Assembly: GCA_963794325.1 (NCBI GenBank)
Contig: CAWCDG010000003.1
Span: 384,001 to 448,000 of the forward strand
Direction of reading: 5' to 3'
From: an uncultured delta proteobacterium
GTDB taxonomy: Bacteria; Desulfobacterota; Binatia; Binatales; Binataceae
DNA length: 64,000 nucleotides
The notes below the pieces were generated by a model. The model saw nothing but the letters and a program-made list of their open reading frames with translations. It did no database searches and was not told where the DNA came from. Of the stretch, positions 57,703 to 64,000 are shown one piece after another (the stretch's first letter is position 1; each line of letters begins with the position of its first letter). The position numbers and the translations under genes were made by a program.

Positions 57703-59043
57703 TTACGAACTCGCAGTCCGCCATTGACGCGAAATCTCCTCGAGCGACTTCCCCCTGGTCTCAGGAACGTAACCGACAATGAAGATAAACGCCGCCACTC
57801 CCATCGCCGCGTAGAGGAACCAGAGCGACGGTCCCATCGTCGCCTGCAAAACCGGAAATGAAAGGCTGACCAGAAAGTTCGCCATCCAGTTGGCGGCCGT
57901 CGAGACCCCGGCAGCTCGAGCCCGTGCCCGGAGCGGAAAAATTTCCGAAATCATCAGCCAAACGATCGGCCCCAGTGAGAAGGCGAAGCAGACGATGTAG
58001 ATGCCAACGAATCCTACAGTAATCGGCGCGATCCAGTGTTGGTCAATGTCGAACGTGGAACCGAAACGTTGAGCCGCGCCAAGCACGGCCAGGCTTACCG
58101 TCATCCCGATGACTCCGGCCAGGAGCAACGGCCTTCTTCCAACTCTATCGACCAGCCAGATCGCGATCAGCGTGGACATTACGTTGACGACGCCGATCCC
58201 GGCGGTTGCTGCCAGCGCGGTGGTCGCGCTGTCCAGTCCGGCCTTCTGAAAGATCTGGGGCGCGTAATATATGATCGTGTTGATGCCCGTCACTTGCTGG
58301 AGAACGGCCAGCCCGACCCCGACCAGAAGCGCCGGACGAAGTCCCGGCATCAGCAGTTCGGACCACGCCACTGGCCGATTCTGTTCGAGGTCTTCGCGAA
58401 TCTCTTTTACTTCCGCGTCAATTTCAAACGGAGACCGCACCAGCGAAAGGACGTGCCGCGCGGCTTTTTCCGATCCGGTTTTCAGAAGCCACCGTGGCGA
58501 CTCGGGCATCGCGATCATTCCGATCACCAGCAGCGCGCCGGGGATGAACGCGAGGCCTAGCATCCAGCGCCAAGCATGATCGGGCGCCAAAGCTCGATCG
58601 ACAACGTAGGAACCCAAGATGCCGATCGTGATCGCCAGTTGAAAAAGCGATACCAGCTTGCCGCGATTGCGGGCCGGCGACAGCTCCGCGATATACATCG
58701 GCGCAGCTACCGAGGTCAGCCCGATCGCTAGTCCGATGAGGACGCGACTCGCGATCAGGACGTCGACGTTGGGCGCGATCGCCGAGAAGATTGAGCCTGC
58801 GACAAAGCTCAAGCCGGCTACAATATTGGTCCAACGTCTGCCGATCCTGTCAGAAGAAGTTCCGCCGGCCAGCGCACCGAACAACGCACCAAAAGTCACA
58901 GCACTGACTACCAGTCCCTGTTCGACAGGCCCGAGATGGAATTCGGGAACGATGAACAACATTGCGCCGGCAATCACGCCGGTATCGAAACCGAACAAGA
59001 GCCCGCCGACCGCCGCAACTGCGGCTATCAAGGTGATGTACAA
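57703..59043 (-). CDS. Sugar porter family MFS transporter
   Basis: GGLLFGFDTGVI.GA, DRIGRR, PESPRWL, QQ.TGIN..IYY, PETRGKSLEEI; start uncertain. Confidence 0.92.
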   Translation of the reverse strand: MYITLIAAVAAVGGLLFGFDTGVIAGAMLFIVPEFHLGPVEQGLVVSAVTFGALFGALAGGTSSDRIGRRWTNIVAGLSFVAGSIFSAIAPNVDVLIASRVLIGLAIGLTSVAAPMYIAELSPARNRGKLVSLFQLAITIGILGSYVVDRALAPDHAWRWMLGLAFIPGALLVIGMIAMPESPRWLLKTGSEKAARHVLSLVRSPFEIDAEVKEIREDLEQNRPVAWSELLMPGLRPALLVGVGLAVLQQVTGINTIIYYAPQIFQKAGLDSATTALAATAGIGVVNVMSTLIAIWLVDRVGRRPLLLAGVIGMTVSLAVLGAAQRFGSTFDIDQHWIAPITVGFVGIYIVCFAFSLGPIVWLMISEIFPLRARARAAGVSTAANWMANFLVSLSFPVLQATMGPSLWFLYAAMGVAAFIFIVGYVPETRGKSLEEISRQWRTASS

Positions 59044-59219
59044 GGTCGCCCTGGACTCCCAAAGTTAGCTGAGCGCGTTTCTTAAACATCGCGCGGCCTG
59101 CGCCTAACGAAGAAATCACTTCCGTCAGCGCGATCCGCCGGAGATCTGTGCTGGCGTGCTCATAGGTCGGATTTAAGCTTGGGTCAAGAACCCTTCATCG
59201 AACGGGCTACCGGCGCAGG

Positions 59220-59400
59220 GTTCGCACAGCCGATGCCCAAGGCCACTTTGCTGATCAGCTCACGGGCACGAGCGTTGGACAGCGGATGATTCGGGCCGGC
59301 GCGAAACGTCGCGATAGTAGCGCTCCATCGGGAATTTTTTCAGCATCCCGTGGTCGCCTACTACCTCGATGCAGTTACCGCTGCGCGGACCGCGTTGGTG
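59220..59400 (-). pseudogene. C-terminal remnant of an acyl-CoA dehydrogenase gene
   Basis: Own translation: NCIEVVGDHGMLKKFPMERYYRDV / frameshift / RAGPNHPLSNARARELISKVALGI. Confidence 0.65.
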
Positions 59401-59422
59401 GTCGCGTCTTACTTCGGCAGTT

Positions 59423-59764
59423 CTAAGGCGAGGGCCATTCGATCATCCGGCCGGGCGTGGGAGTGATCGGAGCTTGGTCCCAGGCGGCGCGAAAGGCCTG
59501 CAAGAATGCGGCGGCGCGGAGTTGCGGCAGCGTCACACGCACAACGCAGAAGCTTTTGTGTGTTCTGAGCGCGGCGGCCGCCGCTTCTCCGAACAGCCGG
59601 TCCCGCGTCAGAAGGACGGTAAATTTCGCTTCTGCCGCCACGCTGACCAGACTGCCGTTGCTCAGCATGTTCCAGCCGCGAGCCGCAGCCGTATCAGCCT
59701 CGATAGCCAGGTCTTGTAATAGCTCAACGAGCTGAACCGGCATGTTACCGTCAAGCAGCCACAT
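59423..59764 (-). CDS. DUF5615/PIN-like toxin
   Basis: WLLDGNMP, GW..L.NG.L...A, LLTRD. Confidence 0.8.
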   Translation of the reverse strand: MWLLDGNMPVQLVELLQDLAIEADTAAARGWNMLSNGSLVSVAAEAKFTVLLTRDRLFGEAAAAALRTHKSFCVVRVTLPQLRAAAFLQAFRAAWDQAPITPTPGRMIEWPSP

Positions 59765-59996
59765 GCCCGGAATCGAGCACCTCGGAAGCGACTTTCATAA
59801 TCTCCGGGATTGCTTCTTGCGGAAACGGTCCGTAGGTCTCGGCGATCTCCTTGGTGCTCATGCCCTCGGCCAGACAGGCGAGCACGAACGACACCGACAG
59901 CCGCGTACCTCGAACTGCGAGTTTGCCGCCCAGCAAGTCCGGGTCGCGGACAATCCAGGTGTATTTTTTGTAGGCCGCAGGCTTCCAATCACGCAT
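59751..59996 (-). CDS. DUF433 antitoxin
   Basis: I.RDP.LLGGK..VRGTRL.V..VL..LAEGMS..EI...Y. Confidence 0.88.
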   Translation of the reverse strand: MRDWKPAAYKKYTWIVRDPDLLGGKLAVRGTRLSVSFVLACLAEGMSTKEIAETYGPFPQEAIPEIMKVASEVLDSGHVAA

Positions 59997-60020
59997 GGTT
60001 CTTCACCGCCGCTGATTCTA

Positions 60021-60078
60021 CTCCAGCTCCATTCGCAGCGCGAAGCGTACAGGCAGCGCGCGTCAAACGAGATCAATC
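60021..60078. repeat. Direct repeat, copy 3 (interrupted)
   Basis: CTCCAGCTCCATTCGCAGCGCGAAGCG ... AGATCAATC. Confidence 0.7.
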
Positions 60079-60114
60079 CCGGACGTGCAGGTTATATATC
60101 GCGGCAGTTGGTTC

Positions 60115-61521
60115 CTACTTGCCGGCAGGATTTCCTGCGGGGGCGTCGGACGGGGTGGGGGCGGGCGCCGCTTGCGCCATCATCAGGCGCTGTGCGTATG
60201 GCATGATCGTCGTGAACAGATCGACTTGCGAATCGAGCGATTTTCCGAGTCCGCTCAGCAGACCCATCATGCGCCCGACCAGCAGCACATCGGCGGGGAC
60301 CTCGACGACCGGATTGGCGCGTATTGCGCGCGGGAGTTCCTCGTTGAACTGCTCGATGAGATCCTTGTCCGCGTACGCCTTTTTCGCCTTGATAGTGCTG
60401 CCGAGAAACAAATCCGCAAACGCCAGCAGCGTGTCGGGATTGCCGTTGCGCGTGCGGAAGCCAAGCTCGTGGAACGCGGCGATGATCCCTTCGCGATTCA
60501 CCGTAAGGATCGAAAAAGTCAGCCGCACAATCCCGTCGCGAAACGTCGGCGGAAAATCCTTGGCCAGACCGAAATCGAGCAGCACGATTTTCGGGCCCGG
60601 CTGAATCAGGATGTTGCCGGGATGCGGGTCGGCATGGAAAAAACCGTCGCGCAAAACCTGGTCGCAGAAAATTTCCGTAAGTTTCTGCGCAACCACATGC
60701 TTGTCGATCCCCGCGCGCTCGAGCGCGTCGATATCAGTGATCTTTATGCCCTCGGCCAGTTCCATCGTGAGCACGCGACGCGTCGTGAACTCGCGATAAA
60801 CCTCGGGGACGATCACGGCGGGGTCCGCGGCGAAGTTGCGACGCATCGTGGCGGAGTTGTCCGCCTCGTGAATGAAATCCAGCTCCATCGGGATGTACTT
60901 GAGCGCCTCGCGCATCAGCACGCGATAGTCGAAGTCGCGCTCGAGCTTCGCGAGCCAATAGAGCACCGTGGTCATGTTGCGGAGATCGGCGCGTACGATG
61001 CCGTCGATCCCCGGGTACTGAACTTTCACCGCGCATCGACGGCCGTCGTGAAGGCGCGCCTGATGCACCTGGGCGAGCGACGCCGACGCCAGCGGCACAG
61101 GATCGAACTCGGCGTAAACGTCCCCGAGCAGCCGGCCAAGTTCGCGCTCGACCTGCTCGCGGATCATCGCAAATGGCCGCGGCGGAACACGATCGTGCAA
61201 GCCCGAGAGGGTGTTAACCCATTCGTCGGGCAGCACGTCGGCGCGAGTCGCGATAAACTGGCATGCCTTGATCAGCAAACCTTCGAGGCGCAGCGCCGTA
61301 TGGTTGAGCGCCTGCGCCGCGCGAAGATCCTGGCGTCGGTATAGTTCAGGCTTGTTGCTGTCGTCGATGTATCGGGTCCACAGCTGCGTGCCCTTGTAGC
61401 CGGCGTACACGTACGCCGCGAGCCATACGACGTTCGAAAATCGCCACGCACGCGTCGCGAGACCGGGTTCGGGCACGTCGGCGGGAAAATCGAAACTGCG
61501 ATCGAGGCTCGTGTTGTTCAT
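60115..61521 (-). CDS. ABC1/AarF/UbiB family atypical kinase
   Basis: IKACQ..ATR.D, PLASASLAQVH.A, AVKVQYPG, ELDF..E, FFHADPHPGN, LLDFG. Confidence 0.93.
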   Translation of the reverse strand: MNNTSLDRSFDFPADVPEPGLATRAWRFSNVVWLAAYVYAGYKGTQLWTRYIDDSNKPELYRRQDLRAAQALNHTALRLEGLLIKACQFIATRADVLPDEWVNTLSGLHDRVPPRPFAMIREQVERELGRLLGDVYAEFDPVPLASASLAQVHQARLHDGRRCAVKVQYPGIDGIVRADLRNMTTVLYWLAKLERDFDYRVLMREALKYIPMELDFIHEADNSATMRRNFAADPAVIVPEVYREFTTRRVLTMELAEGIKITDIDALERAGIDKHVVAQKLTEIFCDQVLRDGFFHADPHPGNILIQPGPKIVLLDFGLAKDFPPTFRDGIVRLTFSILTVNREGIIAAFHELGFRTRNGNPDTLLAFADLFLGSTIKAKKAYADKDLIEQFNEELPRAIRANPVVEVPADVLLVGRMMGLLSGLGKSLDSQVDLFTTIMPYAQRLMMAQAAPAPTPSDAPAGNPAGK

Positions 61522-61605
61522 GCAGAGACTTCGGACGATTAAATGCTACGTGATGCGTGCGATTCTGAGAACCGGGACAGCTTGTTTAGCTTCCCTACAA
61601 GGCGC

Positions 61606-61635
61606 TTGACTGACAGCCGCGCGTTCGAATATGGT
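61606..61635 (+). promoter_or_regulatory. sigma70-type promoter
   Basis: TTGACT-18 nt-TATGGT. Confidence 0.5.
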
Positions 61636-61641
61636 GTCGGT

Positions 61642-61767
61642 CGTGAAGCCGAGTCCTAATGTACGTCGAGTCCCCAATTCAATTAAGGTCCTCCTGAATT
61701 GAGACGGACATTGATACTTGGCTCTAAAAAGCCCCGGGCGCTTACGAGCCCCGGGGCTTTTGCTTTT
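61642..61767 (+). ncRNA. Candidate sRNA or structured leader
   Basis: Bulged 75-nt hairpin 61648-61722 followed by a terminator, directly after the promoter. Confidence 0.5.
61726..61767 (+). terminator. Intrinsic (possibly bidirectional) terminator
   Basis: AAAAAGCCCCGGG ... CCCGGGGCTTTTGCTTTT. Confidence 0.75.
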
Positions 61768-61775
61768 GGCGCAGA

Positions 61776-63047
61776 ATGCGCGAGGAAATTTCGGTGGAAA
61801 TCGCACGGCCGCACGCTCCGACAATTCGCGATATCATTCGCCGCTACTACACGGTATGGGGCATGTACTCGTTCGCCGGCGGATTCCTGTTCGGCGTCTA
61901 TCCGATTTTCCTGCGCTCGCGCGGGCTCGACCAGTTCCAGATAAACAGCGTCCTCGCGACGTACTTCCTCGTCCTGTTCCTGACCGACGTGCCCACCGGC
62001 GCGTTCGCCGACCTGCTCGGCAGGCGCCGCTCGTTCGTGCTTGGCGCGTTCCTGCGCGTCTTCGCCTTCCTGCTCTATTTCGTGGCGCATCATTACTATG
62101 TCTTCATCATCGCCGAGAGCATCGACGGTATCGGCACGACCTTCGGCAACGGCGCGATTGACGCGTGGGGCGTCGACGCGCTCGATGACGCCGGCTACGA
62201 CGGACTCAAGGACCGGCTCTTCTCGCGCATCTCGCAACTGACGACGATCGGCTTCATGGGATCGGCGATGATCGGCGCATACGTCGCCGACGTGAATATC
62301 TCATGGCCCTGGATTCTTGGCGCGGGCGGTTACGTTGTCGCCGGCGCGGTCGGCGCATTCCTGATGCATGACGAGCGTCCGCACGCGACCACGGTGCGCA
62401 TCGCGGCTATACCACGGAGAATCGCGGAAAACGTCAGCGGCGGCATCCGTGCCGGACTCGGCGCATACACGGTCCTGATGCTGAGTATCGCGAACGCGAT
62501 CACCTTCGCAGCGTGGGCGCCGTACTGGGTCTCGTGGCCCATAATGTTCAACGAGAGCCTGGCGGTGGGCGTGTGGATCATCGGATGGATCTACTGCGGC
62601 CTGTCCGCGGCGCGGCTTATCGGCGCCGAAGTAAGCGCGCGGCTCGCGGTCGACGAGGATCAGCGCGCGGCGCGGGTCAGCATGCTGGTAATCGCGGCGA
62701 GTGCGATGCTGTTCCTGGCCGGACTCTTCGGCGGACGGCCGGTGGTTTCGCTTGCGATGCTGTTCATCATGAACCTGTTCACCGGCGCGATGATGCCGCT
62801 GGTGCAGAGCTGGTTCAACGAGCAGCTCGAGTCGGGCAATCGCGCGACACTGCTGTCGTTCAACAGCACCTTCCAGACAATGGGCGGCGCAGTCGGCTTG
62901 CTGTTCGCCGGCCGAATCGCGGACACGGCGGGCATCCCGTTCGAATGGCAAATCGCGGGGCTCCTCTCGTTAGCCGCTGCGCCTGTTTATTGGGCGACGC
63001 GGCGTCGCGAGAGCGCAGAGGTCGCGCTGGCGGGGTCGGCGAAGTGA
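61776..63047 (+). CDS. MFS transporter
   Basis: DVPTGAFADLLGRRRS, G.TF..GA..AW, RAT.LS; about 12 TM segments. Confidence 0.9.
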   Translation: MREEISVEIARPHAPTIRDIIRRYYTVWGMYSFAGGFLFGVYPIFLRSRGLDQFQINSVLATYFLVLFLTDVPTGAFADLLGRRRSFVLGAFLRVFAFLLYFVAHHYYVFIIAESIDGIGTTFGNGAIDAWGVDALDDAGYDGLKDRLFSRISQLTTIGFMGSAMIGAYVADVNISWPWILGAGGYVVAGAVGAFLMHDERPHATTVRIAAIPRRIAENVSGGIRAGLGAYTVLMLSIANAITFAAWAPYWVSWPIMFNESLAVGVWIIGWIYCGLSAARLIGAEVSARLAVDEDQRAARVSMLVIAASAMLFLAGLFGGRPVVSLAMLFIMNLFTGAMMPLVQSWFNEQLESGNRATLLSFNSTFQTMGGAVGLLFAGRIADTAGIPFEWQIAGLLSLAAAPVYWATRRRESAEVALAGSAK

Positions 63048-63074
63048 GCGGCTGGACTCGCGAAGGATCCGAAG

Positions 63075-63223
63075 AACCTAACCCCTAACCCCTTCCCGAG
63101 CGGGAAGGGGAACCGGATTATGGAGAGTAACCTCTTCCCGAGCGGGAAGGGGAACCGGAGGTTTCGTCGCAATCGCGTCGTCCTATCCCCCTCACCCCCT
63201 TTCCGACGCGGAAAGGGGGAACA
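63075..63223. repeat. Family A repeat cluster (three units)
   Basis: Canonical unit, GAGAGTAACCTCTTCCC variant and CCCCCTTTCC/GGAAAGGGGG variant. Confidence 0.88.
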
Positions 63224-63260
63224 GAGGCAGAGAGGTGGCGCGGTCCTGTCTTTCAACTTT

Positions 63261-63321
63261 TAATACCAGGTGCAGGGGTCACCCCTGCCGAAGGAAGCGT
63301 GAAACCCACCGTGGGTTTCAC
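63261..63321. repeat. Family B repeat (full)
   Basis: TAATACCAGGTGCAGGGGTCACCCCTGCCGAAGGAAGCGTGAAACCCACCGTGGGTTTCAC. Confidence 0.85.
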
Positions 63322-63391
63322 TACAATTACGTTCCTATTTCCTCATCCCCACTAGCGGCGTACTCGGGGGTCCGTTAAAACTTATAGCTCG

Positions 63392-64000
63392 ATGGATTTC
63401 CCACGAATCAAGCGGCTGCCACCCTACGTCTTCAACGCGATCGGTGAATTGTGCCTGCAGGCGCGACGCGCCGGTGAGGACATTATCGATTTCGGGATGG
63501 GTAATCCTGACGAGCCGACGCCGCCGCATATCGTGGCGAAGCTGGTCGAGGCGGCCACCAAGAACGCGAACCATCGCTACTCGGTCTCGCGCGGCGTGTT
63601 CAAGCTGCGGCTGGCGATCTGCGATTGGTACAAGCGGCGGTACGGAGTCGAGCTCGATCCCGATTCGGAAGCGATCGTCACGATTGGATCGAAGGAGGGC
63701 ATCGCGCATCTGGCGCTGGCGATTCTCGATCAGGGCGACGTGGTGCTCGCGCCGACGCCGACCTATCCGATTCATCAGTACGGATGCATCATTGCGGGCG
63801 CGCAGGTGCAGGGCGTGCCGATTCGGCGCGGCGAGGAATTTTTCGACGAGCTGATGGCGACGGTCAATCGATGCTGGCCGCGGCCGAAGTTTCTCATCAT
63901 GAACTTTCCGCATAACCCGACCACCGCGACAGTCGATTTGCACTTCATGAATCGGGTGGTCGAGTTCGCGCGCGAAAACGACATCATGGTCGCGCAGGAT
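63392..64000 (+). CDS. PLP-dependent class I/II aminotransferase, AlaC-like (runs off window end)
   Basis: Own translation: MDFPRIKRLPPYVF...GEDIIDFGMGNPD.PTP.HIV.KL...HRYS.SRG...TIGSKEG.AHL...NFPHNPT. Confidence 0.9.
   Translation, partial: MDFPRIKRLPPYVFNAIGELCLQARRAGEDIIDFGMGNPDEPTPPHIVAKLVEAATKNANHRYSVSRGVFKLRLAICDWYKRRYGVELDPDSEAIVTIGSKEGIAHLALAILDQGDVVLAPTPTYPIHQYGCIIAGAQVQGVPIRRGEEFFDELMATVNRCWPRPKFLIMNFPHNPTTATVDLHFMNRVVEFARENDIMVAQD

Noticed and set aside
61642-61767. 6S RNA or SRP RNA
   Set aside because: Too short and lacks the 6S central bubble; lacks the SRP CAGG/GNRA/AGCA domain IV motif
63285-63300. SRP RNA-like CCGAAGGAAGC in the family B repeat
   Set aside because: Flanking SRP motifs are missing and the sequence is part of a multi-copy repeat
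1083-63943. Many long antisense or alternate-frame ORFs (e.g. 1083-2231, 2529-3842, 12087-13481, 15553-17058, 23869-25407, 41702-42988, 60085-61344)
   Set aside because: They are shadows of well-supported genes in GC-rich DNA, Arg/Ala-rich with no recognisable motifs

Overview
GC-rich bacterial chromosomal segment. The gene mix (three LLM oxidoreductases, CoA enzymes, group-3 GshA, Flp pilins, rpmE-prfA-prmC-murA-his) resembles Binatia/deltaproteobacteria-like genomes; this is an inference, not a search result. Main content: a PaaR-like TetR / ferritin-like diiron protein / PaaG-like crotonase unit; a DyP-family 1 encapsulin operon; an aldolase plus PfkB-SIS fusion operon; housekeeping genes (rpmE, prfA, prmC, murA, hisD/B/A, sppA, dacA, gshA, gspC, glpK, lptB, suhB, alaC-like); two tandem Flp pilins; three type II TA pairs; tRNA-Arg(CCG) flanked by a decaying defence-like islet (AbiV-like gene, FRG fragment, amber-interrupted Yip1); and a direct-repeat-bounded decaying block (frameshifted OprB porin, sugar porter, DUF433/PIN). 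Non-coding signals: a parS-like palindrome, at least three dispersed intergenic repeat families (one with telomere-like GGGGTTA units), and a candidate sRNA or attenuator at about 61.6 kb with its own promoter, long hairpin, exposed anti-SD loop and terminator. Best candidates for undescribed systems: the Paa-like unit with a non-PaaABCE diiron enzyme, the aldolase/kinase-isomerase sugar pathway, and the 61.6 kb RNA. All calls come from motif recognition by eye; no database searches were run.
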